Virus record (IMG/VR): IMGVR_UViG_3300048837_002337
Span: 1-57,622 of that record
Length of the DNA: 57,622 nt
Strand: one strand, 5' to 3'
From: a virus
Lineage: Duplodnaviria; Caudoviricetes
In this document: positions 17,406-26,431 of the stretch, piece after piece
Layout of the letters: each line of letters opens with the position of its first letter
Numbering within the stretch: the stretch's first letter is position 1
The notes under the pieces: model-generated
Database searches by the model: none
What the model was told of the DNA's origin: nothing
What the model saw: the letters and a program-made list of their open reading frames with translations, nothing else
Position numbers and translations under genes: made by a program

Positions 17406-18959
17406 ATGACGATCCATCCATCCGAGATCGAGGAGCGTCTGAAACTCCTCGACGAGATCGACCGCAGGAAGGCCAAGGACAGTTTCCTCGCCTTCTACAT
17501 GCGGATGACCGGATTCCTGCCGCCCGACCACCTGCGCCTCGTGGCCAAGCTGTTGCAGTCGATGGAGGAGGACAAGGTCGACCGGGCGATGATCTTCGCG
17601 CCGCCCCGGCACGCCAAGACCCTGACCGCGACCATCCTATTCCCGGCCTGGCTGATGGGCCGGCACCCGACCACGGCGCTGATGAGCGTCGTCCACACCC
17701 AGGACTACGCCGGCAAGGTCGGCCGCAAGGTCCGCAACCTGCTGCGCTCGACCGCCTGGCCCTTCGACGAGGTCGGCCTGTCCGACGACAGCCAGGCCCG
17801 CGAGCACTGGACCACGCCGCACGGGGGCGAATACAACGGCTTCGGCGCCACCGCCGGCAACCAGCACGGCAACCCGGCCGAATGGCTCTTCATGGACGAC
17901 CTGGTGAAGGGCCGGAAGATCGCCATGTCGGCGCACATGCGCGACGAGGTCTGGGAGAACTACACCACCGACATGCTCTCGCGCCTTCAGGGCCGCGCCA
18001 AGCAGTTGATGACCTTCACCCGCTGGCACCAGGACGACCCGGCGGGCCGCATCCTGCCCGAGGACTTCGACGGCCGCACCGGCTGGTACAAGGACCGCAA
18101 CACCGGCGAGAAGTGGTTCGTGCTCTGCCTGCCGGCCGTCTGCGAGCGCGATGACGACCCGCTGGGGCGCGCCAAGGGCGACTGGCTCTGGCCGGATCGG
18201 TTCGGCGAGGACAAGCTGGGCGGCATGCAGAAGCGCGGCGGCTGGCGCTGGTCGGCGCTCTACCAGCAACGCCCGAGCCCGGAAGAAGGCCTCCTCTTCA
18301 CCAAGGACCACATCGGCTGGTACAACCCCGGCACCCTCGACCGCACCCGGCTGCAAATCTACGGCTCCTCGGACTATGCCGTCACCGCCGAGGCCGGCGC
18401 GCACGATCCGGATTACACCGTGCACCTGGTCTGGGGTGTCGACGATGACTGGAACCTCTACCTCCTCGATGGCTGGCGCGGGCGCACCGAGTCCGACGCC
18501 TGGGTGAGCGAGTTCTGCCGCCTGGTGCGGCTCTGGAAGCCCCTGCGCTGGTTCGAGGAACAGGGGCAGATCATCAAGGGCATCGGCCCCTTCCTGCGCC
18601 GCCAGATGGCGCTCGAACACGCCTATGTCGACCGGGTGCAACTGACCTCCTCGACCTCGAAGGAACAGCGCGCGCAGTCGCTCCTCGGCATGGCCGCGAT
18701 GGGCAAGATGCTGCTGCCGATGCGGGCCGGCCTGTCGAAGGACATGATCCTGCTGGTCGACGCCATCGAATCCGAACTGCTGCAATTCCCGACCGGCAAG
18801 CACGACGACACCGTCGACGCCGCCACCCTCTTCGGGCGCGGGCTCGACCGCATCATCGAGGGCGTCGCGCCGAAGCGGGGGCAGGCAAAGCCGGGCGGCG
18901 AAACGCTGGACGACCTCTTCGAGCGCCACGACGCCGAACTGCGCCGGCGCGAGGACTGA
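17406..18959 (+). CDS. terL: Terminase large subunit
   Basis: PPRHAKT Walker A, LFMDDL Walker B, TRWH coupling motif, HDDTVDA nuclease motif. Confidence 0.95.
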   Translation: MTIHPSEIEERLKLLDEIDRRKAKDSFLAFYMRMTGFLPPDHLRLVAKLLQSMEEDKVDRAMIFAPPRHAKTLTATILFPAWLMGRHPTTALMSVVHTQDYAGKVGRKVRNLLRSTAWPFDEVGLSDDSQAREHWTTPHGGEYNGFGATAGNQHGNPAEWLFMDDLVKGRKIAMSAHMRDEVWENYTTDMLSRLQGRAKQLMTFTRWHQDDPAGRILPEDFDGRTGWYKDRNTGEKWFVLCLPAVCERDDDPLGRAKGDWLWPDRFGEDKLGGMQKRGGWRWSALYQQRPSPEEGLLFTKDHIGWYNPGTLDRTRLQIYGSSDYAVTAEAGAHDPDYTVHLVWGVDDDWNLYLLDGWRGRTESDAWVSEFCRLVRLWKPLRWFEEQGQIIKGIGPFLRRQMALEHAYVDRVQLTSSTSKEQRAQSLLGMAAMGKMLLPMRAGLSKDMILLVDAIESELLQFPTGKHDDTVDAATLFGRGLDRIIEGVAPKRGQAKPGGETLDDLFERHDAELRRRED

Positions 18960-18972
18960 CCCTCTCGCCCCT

Positions 18973-19008
18973 GTTTCGCCGCACGAGCGCAAGCCGGCTT
19001 CCTATGGT
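18973..19008 (+). promoter_or_regulatory. Putative late promoter (portal)
   Basis: GTTTCGCCGCAC-N18-TATGGT; same motif and spacing at 23274 and 44922. Confidence 0.75.
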
Positions 19009-19026
19009 CCACCTCGCAACGGAAAC

Positions 19027-21279
19027 ATGCGGGCGGGCTTCATGGTCAAGCGGGACATCGTGTCATCGACACAGGCGGGGCGCGACGGCGCGGAGATTGT
19101 CCCGGCCGAGAACATCCGCGAATTGACCCTGCCCGAGATCCCCGAAACCTCCGACGAGGCGGAAGAGCGCGGCCCGGATGAGGAGTGGGTCTTCTGGTCG
19201 CGCCAGATCAGTGCCGGCTTGGTCGGCGAACGCCGCTTCCGCCAGGAAGCCCTGGCCAGCGAGATGACCTATTTCGGCCCCGACAACGACGTCGGCGAGG
19301 GCAAGGCCGACGAGGTGTCGAAGGAAAACCGCATCGACGACAAGACCTCCTACATCCACTCCAACATCGACGTCCTGAAGCCGCTCATCTTCTCGGAAAC
19401 CCCGCAGCCGGTCGTGCGCCGGCGCTACCATGGCGACGGGCGGGCCGATGAAACCGACCTGATGGCGGCCGAGGCGGGCCAGCGGCTCGCCACCTACCTG
19501 CTCGACACCGAACCCTTCGACGAGGCGATGAAAGGCGCCCGCGATGACTGGCTCATCGCCGGGCGCGGCACCGCCCGCGTCGTCTACAAGGCCGATTTCG
19601 TGCAGGAGGTGGTCGACGGGATCGTCGTCGAGAAGCGCCGCAACGAGCGCGTGTGTCCGCGCCACGTCGAATGGCGCCGCTTCCTCACCGCACCGGGGCA
19701 TTCCTGGTACGACACGCCTTGGATCGCCATCGAGGTGATGATGACGCGGTCCAAGGTGGAGAAGCGCTTTCCGGACCACGCCCCCAAGTTCACCTATGAC
19801 AAGAAGGGCCTGGTCGACGCCGACCGGGCGCATGGCGACGAGGACCGCGACAAGGGCGGATTCAGCGCGCCCACCGAGGAGAGCGGCGACCCCGGCAACA
19901 ACCCCTTCGACACCGCCCCGGTCTGGGAAATCTGGAACCGCGAGAACAAGAGCACGATCTGGTGGTCGGGCTCCTGCAAGGGCGTCGTGCTCGACAAGGT
20001 CTCCGACATGCTGGGGCTGGAAGAGTTCTTCCCGATGGCGCGGCCGCTGACCGCCACCACCCGCGGCCAGGCGATGACGCCCCGGCCCGACATCCGCTAC
20101 TACGAGAAGCGCGCGCAGGAGATCAAGAAGGCCTCCGACAAGATCGACAGCATCCTCTCGGCGCTCTCCGTCTCCGGCCTGATCCCGGCCACCCTGACCG
20201 ACGAGTTGAAGAAGCTCTTCGACGGCGCCAACAAGATCATCCCGGTACAGTCGTGGATCACCTTCATGGAGAAGGGCGGCGTCGCCAACCTGATCCAGTG
20301 GCTGCCGCTCGAACCGATGATCCAGGCGCTCAACGCGCTGGTGCTGATGCGCGAGCAGTCGAAGCAGACGATGTTCGAGTATTCCGGCGTCTCCGACATC
20401 ATGCGGGCCCAGGGCGATCCCAACGAAACCGCCACCGCGCAGCGCATGAAGGGCAACTATGCCGGGCTGCGCCTCTCCGACCGCCAGCGCACGATGGCGA
20501 TCTTCGCGCTCGACACGCTGCGGCTCATGGTCGAGATCGCGCTAGAGCATTTCGAGCCCGACTATCTCTTCGACATCCTCGGCCTCGACATCCCGCGCAC
20601 CGAGGCCGAACGCCTGGCCGAGATCCAGCGCCGCCAGCAGATCATGGCGCTGCACGCGCAGAAGGTGCAGTTGCACCAGGCCGCGACGATGATGGCGCAG
20701 CAGGAACAGCAGGCCGGCCAGCAACCCAGCATCAACCCGGGCCCGCCGCCGGAGGAGCCGAAGTTCGAGCGCCTGCCGGAAACCTCCTGGGAACTGGTGC
20801 ACGCGCGCCTGAAGACCGACCTCGGGCGCAAGATCACCATCTCCATCGAGACGGATTCCACCATCCTCGCCGACGAACAGGCCGACAAGGAAGCCCGGAT
20901 CGAATTCCTCGGCGCCTTCGCCACCTTCGTGCAGCAACTGATGCCGCTGGTCGGCACCGGCCAGTTCGACCTCAAGACGATCAAGGAACTCCTCCTCTTC
21001 GGCATCCGCGGCTTCCCGAAGAGCCGCACCCTCGAAGGCATGATCGCCTCGCTGCCCGACGAGCCCCAGGGCGCGCCCTCCGAGGATACCCAAGTCACCG
21101 TCGCCAAGATCAAGGGCCAGATCGACAAGGAGATCGAGGCGATGCGGTCGAGCGACAAGGAGAAGGACCGTCAGCACGAGTTGCGCCTGAAGGGCGTCGA
21201 TCTGATGGAAGGCCTCGCCGACAAGGCCCACGAGGACGCCAGCCCGAAGAACGCCCCCACCCCAGCAAAAGGCAAGTGA
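19027..21279 (+). CDS. Portal protein (P22-like size); start may be 19042
   Basis: About 750 aa directly after terL; ETATAQ motif and Q-rich C-terminal barrel region. Confidence 0.88.
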   Translation: MRAGFMVKRDIVSSTQAGRDGAEIVPAENIRELTLPEIPETSDEAEERGPDEEWVFWSRQISAGLVGERRFRQEALASEMTYFGPDNDVGEGKADEVSKENRIDDKTSYIHSNIDVLKPLIFSETPQPVVRRRYHGDGRADETDLMAAEAGQRLATYLLDTEPFDEAMKGARDDWLIAGRGTARVVYKADFVQEVVDGIVVEKRRNERVCPRHVEWRRFLTAPGHSWYDTPWIAIEVMMTRSKVEKRFPDHAPKFTYDKKGLVDADRAHGDEDRDKGGFSAPTEESGDPGNNPFDTAPVWEIWNRENKSTIWWSGSCKGVVLDKVSDMLGLEEFFPMARPLTATTRGQAMTPRPDIRYYEKRAQEIKKASDKIDSILSALSVSGLIPATLTDELKKLFDGANKIIPVQSWITFMEKGGVANLIQWLPLEPMIQALNALVLMREQSKQTMFEYSGVSDIMRAQGDPNETATAQRMKGNYAGLRLSDRQRTMAIFALDTLRLMVEIALEHFEPDYLFDILGLDIPRTEAERLAEIQRRQQIMALHAQKVQLHQAATMMAQQEQQAGQQPSINPGPPPEEPKFERLPETSWELVHARLKTDLGRKITISIETDSTILADEQADKEARIEFLGAFATFVQQLMPLVGTGQFDLKTIKELLLFGIRGFPKSRTLEGMIASLPDEPQGAPSEDTQVTVAKIKGQIDKEIEAMRSSDKEKDRQHELRLKGVDLMEGLADKAHEDASPKNAPTPAKGK

Positions 21280-21281
21280 CC

Positions 21282-21548
21282 ATGTTTCACATGAAACGGA
21301 ACGAGAACAAACCGACCTGGAACGCCGCGCAGAGACTGATGGACAGCTTCCACGGCATCCGCCTGCGCTCCGGCCTCTACCTGCCGCAACCCGGCGCCGG
21401 CGTGCAGCGCGCCGCCCTGCGCCTCGCTGCCCACCGGGATGCACAGGCCAAGCGCCTGGCGAACACCGCCCCCCTGTGGGCGTCCATCCCCGAGTCCCGC
21501 CAGGTGCGCCGCGCCCGGATGCGCAATGCCATGAAGCGCCTGCGCTGA
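21282..21548 (+). CDS. Basic hypothetical protein, 88 aa
   Basis: Starts 2 nt after the portal stop; SRQVRRAR motif. Confidence 0.6.
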   Translation: MFHMKRNENKPTWNAAQRLMDSFHGIRLRSGLYLPQPGAGVQRAALRLAAHRDAQAKRLANTAPLWASIPESRQVRRARMRNAMKRLR

Positions 21549-21582
21549 CCCCACCACCCACCCCCAGAGGAGCACCCCGAAG

Positions 21583-22014
21583 ATGACCACCCAAGGCGAA
21601 TACCGCGTCGGCATCGACTTCAACCCGTCCGGCGACGACATGGTCGGCCAGATCAAGCGCGCCGCCGCCGATCTGATCGACCTCGTCGGCACGATCGACA
21701 GCAGCGGCCCGATGGACGGCGAGAAGGCGCGCCTGAAGGCGCTGGCGCAAACCCACATCGAGGACGCCGCCATGTGGGCGGTGAAGGCCGCGACCAAGAA
21801 GGCACCGCCGGTCGCCTTCGACGTGCCAGCCGCGGGACGCCCCGACGAGAGCGACCCGTTCCTGCAGGCGGTGCGCGAGGCCCTGGCGTCGCCCGCAGGC
21901 CAGCGCGGCGCCGATGAGGACCACATCCGCGCCCATCTGCGCCGCCGCGGCTTCCTCGCCGTCGCCGATGCGGATCTCGACACCGCCATCGCCACCATCA
22001 AGCTGAAGGGCTGA
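21583..22014 (+). CDS. Acb2/Tad1-like helical-hairpin protein with extra C-terminal domain
   Basis: GEYRVGIDFNPSG...RLKALAQTHIEDAAMWAVKA; GAGGAG RBS. Confidence 0.75.
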   Translation: MTTQGEYRVGIDFNPSGDDMVGQIKRAAADLIDLVGTIDSSGPMDGEKARLKALAQTHIEDAAMWAVKAATKKAPPVAFDVPAAGRPDESDPFLQAVREALASPAGQRGADEDHIRAHLRRRGFLAVADADLDTAIATIKLKG

Positions 22015-22017
22015 CCC

Positions 22018-22263
22018 ATGGAAGACCGTGAAGCCATCGAAATGATGACCCGCTGCATGGAAGCAATCCGCGGCCAGCGGCGGCACATCCAGGCCATTGA
22101 GCCGCAGGCTGAGGCCTTCCGCGTGATTTCGAAGATCGTCGGGCTGATCCCAGGTCCAAGCCAGGGCTACGGCGAAGACCTCGCCTGGATGCTCGAAAAG
22201 CGCATCAAGGAGCTTAAGGCCAACGAGGCCGACGGCAACATCAAGTGCGAGCCGGAGGGCTGA
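22018..22263 (+). CDS. Hypothetical helical protein, 81 aa
   Basis: GAAGGG RBS; tiles the cluster. Confidence 0.7.
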   Translation: MEDREAIEMMTRCMEAIRGQRRHIQAIEPQAEAFRVISKIVGLIPGPSQGYGEDLAWMLEKRIKELKANEADGNIKCEPEG

Positions 22264-22266
22264 GAG

Positions 22267-22743
22267 ATGCGGGCCGTCGATCTGTCGAAAGCGGACTTCG
22301 AGCGCGTCTTCGGCCCGCGCGAGCCGATGGAGGCGGGAACGCGCAAGCGCTCCTGCCGCTCCTGCGGCGGCTGGCACGACCTCAACAAGCCCTGGCCGCA
22401 CAACTGCCGCCCGCCGGCGCCGCCGAAGAACCCGGATCTTGCCACGCCGCAGATCGCGCCACCGTTCCAGGCCTTCAAGACCGGGGAACTGGACGGCGCC
22501 GAGATCATCACCAACCGGCACGAGAAGCGCGAGTACATGGAGCGCCACGACCTCGTCGAGTACGACGCCGGCGTGAAGCCCGACAACCCGTCCGAGCGTG
22601 AGATCGAGCGCGAGTACGTCCAGGACTTCAAGCGCTTCATGGAAACCGACCCGCTCAACATCGAGCCGATCGACCGCGTCGGCGAGATGGACAACGACGG
22701 GGCAGGGGACATCACCGTCGACGACATCGAGGTGGCAAAATGA
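22267..22743 (+). CDS. Conserved head-module protein with CxxC..H..C motif
   Basis: CRSCGGWH...WPHNC; ITNRHEKREYM motif typical of genes between portal and scaffold. Confidence 0.75.
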   Translation: MRAVDLSKADFERVFGPREPMEAGTRKRSCRSCGGWHDLNKPWPHNCRPPAPPKNPDLATPQIAPPFQAFKTGELDGAEIITNRHEKREYMERHDLVEYDAGVKPDNPSEREIEREYVQDFKRFMETDPLNIEPIDRVGEMDNDGAGDITVDDIEVAK

Positions 22744-23042
22744 GCCGGGGCAAGCCGCAGGACATCCTGCCCAGACGACCAGGCGAAACCGACCGCGAGC
22801 GCCGCTTCCGCGAAACCATCAACCTGCATTGCGGCAAGGCGGTGGCGACGCTCGACGAGTTCATCCAGTTGCGCACGGCGGATTCCGCGCCCGCCCGCGC
22901 CCGGCACATCGCGCGCGGCCACATCGTCGATTTCGCGATCAAGGCGCTCTACGCCTATTCCCTCACGGTCGCGGTCGACGACAAGACAGGAGAGACAGAT
23001 GAAGCGCCTGAAGGACTACAAGCCCGAACCCATCGCGCCTGA
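22740..23042 (+). CDS. Hypothetical helical-hairpin protein; possible divergent Acb2/Tad1 paralogue
   Basis: ATGA-coupled; ARARHIARGHIVDFAIKALYA aligns with the 21583 protein. Confidence 0.6.
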   Translation: MSRGKPQDILPRRPGETDRERRFRETINLHCGKAVATLDEFIQLRTADSAPARARHIARGHIVDFAIKALYAYSLTVAVDDKTGETDEAPEGLQARTHRA

Positions 23043-23259
23043 CCCCGAGCAGATCGCGAAACTCGACAAGACCCGCTCGAAGACCGGCGTCCGCGTCGGC
23101 ATCGGCACCGCCGCCTGGGCGCTCGACTGCGCGCTCTCCGGCCTCACCATGAAGCGGGCGGGATGGGTCGGCGCCAAGATCCTCGTCCTCGGCACGCAGC
23201 CCGGAAAGATCACGCTCACCGACGAGGACATCCGCGCCCAGGACTGGGTCATCGCCTGA
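22999..23259 (+). CDS. DUF2829 / Tad2-like protein, 86 aa
   Basis: AL...G..MKRAGW...EDIRAQDWVI signature; AGGAG RBS. Confidence 0.7.
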   Translation: MKRLKDYKPEPIAPDPEQIAKLDKTRSKTGVRVGIGTAAWALDCALSGLTMKRAGWVGAKILVLGTQPGKITLTDEDIRAQDWVIA

Positions 23260-23273
23260 CCGCCCGCAAGGGG

Positions 23274-23309
23274 GTTTCGCCGCACAGGGACAGAACGCCC
23301 GGCCATCGT
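23274..23309 (+). promoter_or_regulatory. Putative late promoter (scaffold/capsid)
   Basis: GTTTCGCCGCAC-N18-CATCGT. Confidence 0.75.
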
Positions 23310-23322
23310 TGCCGGGCGTTTT
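23294..23322 (+). terminator. Intrinsic terminator-like hairpin overlapping the late promoter
   Basis: AACGCCCGGC-CATCGTT-GCCGGGCGTT followed by TT. Confidence 0.55.
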
Positions 23323-23348
23323 CACATCCCCACGCGAAGGAACCAGCC

Positions 23349-24542
23349 ATGAGCGGCACCGAAGACACCCAGAAGGACATCGACCTTTCCATCGAGGACG
23401 ACGAGGACGACGACCTGTCCGCAGTCATCCGCAAGGCGATCTCCGAACAGGAAGAGCAGGCCGAGGCCAAGGATGACGCCGGCCTCGACGCCCCCCTCGA
23501 CGACGCCCCCGACACCCGCAAGACGGTGAGCCAGGAAGACGGGCTCGAACTCGCCGACAAGGCGCGCTTCTCCTCGAAGCGGGCCGAGAAGGCGCTGCAG
23601 GACCAGATCGACGCAGGAGGGAAGACCGATGACCAGACGCCGCCCGCTGACGCTGCCAAGGCACCTGCCAAGGCCGAGGGAGCGGAAGGCGAGACGGCGC
23701 AAACGCAAGGCGCGGCTGACGACCTGACCAAGGCGTCGCCCGACACCCTCCTCGATGGCCTCGATGAGGGCCGCAAGGGCGAGATCGCCCGCCGCCTCGG
23801 CGCCGCCGACAAGGTCATGGACCTCTTCAAGGGCCGCGACGAGGAACTGAAGATCCACGGCGTCAGCGCGCAGCAGGCGATGGAACGGCTGCTCTACCTC
23901 AACTCCTTCGCCCAGCAGAAGCCCGACGAATACCTCGCCTGGGTGGCGCAGCAGGTGGGCGGGTCGGAGCCGCAGAAGGTGCTGGAACGCGCCGCCAAGC
24001 TGCACGGCTACAGGCTGGTGAAGGAGGCCGACGAGGACGACATCTTCGCCGATCCCGACGCCAAGCCCGCGCCCGCGAAGACCGACTTCGGCCCCGACAA
24101 CCCGGCCGAGGTGTCGCGTCGCGCCGCCGAACGCTCGCTCTCCGACTTCGTGAATGCCAAGGACGAGTCCGGCCGGCTGAAGCATCCGAACTTCCAGGCG
24201 CTGCATCCGCGCATCGCGCAGATGGCGGCCGAACACGTCCGCACCACCGGCAACTACGTCACCGGCGACGACCTGGCGCGCTTCTACGGCGAGGCCGAGG
24301 CCGAGATGCGCAAGACCTTCGGCGACGCCGATCCGGCGCCTCAGCCCGCGAAAGACACATCTGCCGCACAGCCCGCACAGCCCGTGGCAGACAAGACCCA
24401 GACACAGGCGGCAGACCCGCAGGCCAAGGCCCGGGCAGCCAGCAAGAACATTGACGGAGGTGGCCAGGGTGCCAGCCGTCGCCCCGCGCTGTCGGAAGAC
24501 GCCGATCTTGAGGATGTCATCAGACATCACGCCGGCCTCTGA
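23349..24542 (+). CDS. Scaffolding protein
   Basis: Acidic, low-complexity, helical 397 aa directly before the capsid gene; AAGGA RBS. Confidence 0.8.
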   Translation: MSGTEDTQKDIDLSIEDDEDDDLSAVIRKAISEQEEQAEAKDDAGLDAPLDDAPDTRKTVSQEDGLELADKARFSSKRAEKALQDQIDAGGKTDDQTPPADAAKAPAKAEGAEGETAQTQGAADDLTKASPDTLLDGLDEGRKGEIARRLGAADKVMDLFKGRDEELKIHGVSAQQAMERLLYLNSFAQQKPDEYLAWVAQQVGGSEPQKVLERAAKLHGYRLVKEADEDDIFADPDAKPAPAKTDFGPDNPAEVSRRAAERSLSDFVNAKDESGRLKHPNFQALHPRIAQMAAEHVRTTGNYVTGDDLARFYGEAEAEMRKTFGDADPAPQPAKDTSAAQPAQPVADKTQTQAADPQAKARAASKNIDGGGQGASRRPALSEDADLEDVIRHHAGL

Positions 24543-24584
24543 CCAACCCGGCTGACCGCGGGCCCGCTTATGGAAGGATAGATC

Positions 24585-25544
24585 ATGAGCAACCCGAACT
24601 GGGGCGAAGTGGCGACGGCGACCCTGGCGCACCGCCGCAAGAAGATCGCCGACGCGGTCAGCCGCAACAACATCCTGTTCTACGAACTGAAGCGCCGGGG
24701 CCGCATGCGCACCATCGGCGGCGGGCGCACGATCACCACGCCGCTGATGATGGGGGACGAGAATGCCAACTTCCAGTGGTACATTGGGCGCGAAACGCTC
24801 AATGTCGCCGGCCAGGAAGTCCTGACCTCGGCGGAATTCCCGTGGAAGCAGTATGCCTGCGGCGTCTCGCTGTCGGGCCTCGAAATGCTGCAGAACGACG
24901 GCGCCGAACAAGTCATCTCGATGATGCGGGCTCGCACCATGCACGCCGAGAAGACGATCCAGAACCAGCTTCATTCGGCTGGCCATGGCGACGGCACCGC
25001 CTCCGGCGGCAAGGTCTTCGGCGGCCTCTCGCTCCTCGTCTCCTCGACGGCGGGCGCGACCGTGGGCGGGATCAACTCCGGCACCGCGACCTGGTGGGAC
25101 AACCAGCGCAACGCCATCGGCGGCGTCGCCCCCGACAAGGCGACGATCTACGGTGACATGCTGGACCTGTTCCTCGACACCTGCCGCGGCTCCGACAAGC
25201 CCAACCTGATCATCTCGGATAACGAGTGGTATTCCACCTTCTCCCAGGCCCTGCAGGCGCAACAGCGCTTCATGGACAAGGCCCTGGCGTCGGCGGGCTT
25301 CCCGAACCTCATGTTCGAGACGGTTCCGGTCGTGGCAGACGGCGGCCAGGGCGGCTATGCGCCGGCCGGCATGAAGTTCCTCAACCTCGAAACCATCGAG
25401 ATGATCATGCACAAGAACCGCAACAACGTGGTGCTTGGCGGCCCGCGCCGTCCTCTGACCGAGGACTCGGACACGATCATCATGGCCGGGATGGGCAACT
25501 TCGTGAACGACAACCGGAAATTGAACGGCATCCTGACCCTCTGA
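24585..25544 (+). CDS. Major capsid protein
   Basis: 319 aa; IADAVSRNN...GGRTI..P...AEFPWKQ...QAQQRF pattern; strong codon bias. Confidence 0.9.
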   Translation: MSNPNWGEVATATLAHRRKKIADAVSRNNILFYELKRRGRMRTIGGGRTITTPLMMGDENANFQWYIGRETLNVAGQEVLTSAEFPWKQYACGVSLSGLEMLQNDGAEQVISMMRARTMHAEKTIQNQLHSAGHGDGTASGGKVFGGLSLLVSSTAGATVGGINSGTATWWDNQRNAIGGVAPDKATIYGDMLDLFLDTCRGSDKPNLIISDNEWYSTFSQALQAQQRFMDKALASAGFPNLMFETVPVVADGGQGGYAPAGMKFLNLETIEMIMHKNRNNVVLGGPRRPLTEDSDTIIMAGMGNFVNDNRKLNGILTL

Positions 25545-25561
25545 CCGAGGGCTGAAACACC

Positions 25562-25591
25562 GGCCGGGGGCGGCACCGCCCCTGGCCTTTT
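25562..25591 (+). terminator. Rho-independent terminator after the capsid gene
   Basis: GGCCGGGGGCGG/CCGCCCCTGGCC stem followed by TTTT. Confidence 0.75.
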
Positions 25592-25612
25592 CTCCATCAT
25601 CGGGACAGACCC

Positions 25613-26422
25613 ATGCAACCCTTCACCACCCCCCTCGTCAACATCCAGAACCAGCAGGCGCAGCGCCGCACCGGCGTCGGCTACGCCCGCGACTATTCCG
25701 ACATCGACCTGTCCGGCGATCTGCGCTCGGTCAGTTCCCGCGGCGGGCTCAACGTCCAGTTCTTCTGGATGCGGGTCCAGACCAAGAGCCGCAACGCCCG
25801 CACCAACGGGCGCATGGAAACCCGCCTCTGCGTGGCGCTGCAGCCGAAGGGCGATTCCAAGACCATCGCCACCCGCTTCATCACCGAACCGCAGGCGCAG
25901 CGCGAATTCCCGATCGAATGGGCGCAGTTCAAGGAGTACCAGGAGACGCCGACCGCCGGCACGCCGCTGCACGAACTGCCCGGCATTTCGCAGTCCCAGA
26001 TCGCGCTCCTCGCGCTCCACGGGCTGCGCAGCGTCGAGGATCTGGCCGAGGTGCCCGAGGACGTCGTCTCGCAGATCGGCTACGACGCCACCCAGGCCCG
26101 CAAGATCGCCACGCACTGGCTGTCGCGCCGCGAGGTCAACCTGCCGCTCATCTCGGCGGCCGAGGTGCAGGCCCGCGCCGACATCGAGAGCAAGACCCTG
26201 CGCGACCAGATCGCCGCCCTCGAACACCAGATCGCGGTCCTGAGCGCCGCGCAGCAGGTGCAGGCCGGCGCGACGGCAGGGGCGGCCTCCACCGGCGTGA
26301 TCGAGGTCGCGAACGAAGCCCCGACCGCCCGCGAGGTGCCCTTCGAATTCGGCCCCTCCGACGTCGTCGCCGGGTCCGACGACCTCAACGCGGGCGCCGA
26401 TCCCGACCCCCTGGCAGACTGA
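25613..26422 (+). CDS. Conserved head-module protein with HhH-like motif and coiled coil
   Basis: GTPLHELPGI...GLRSVEDLAEV. Confidence 0.75.
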   Translation: MQPFTTPLVNIQNQQAQRRTGVGYARDYSDIDLSGDLRSVSSRGGLNVQFFWMRVQTKSRNARTNGRMETRLCVALQPKGDSKTIATRFITEPQAQREFPIEWAQFKEYQETPTAGTPLHELPGISQSQIALLALHGLRSVEDLAEVPEDVVSQIGYDATQARKIATHWLSRREVNLPLISAAEVQARADIESKTLRDQIAALEHQIAVLSAAQQVQAGATAGAASTGVIEVANEAPTAREVPFEFGPSDVVAGSDDLNAGADPDPLAD

Positions 26423-26431
26423 GAGGTCATC

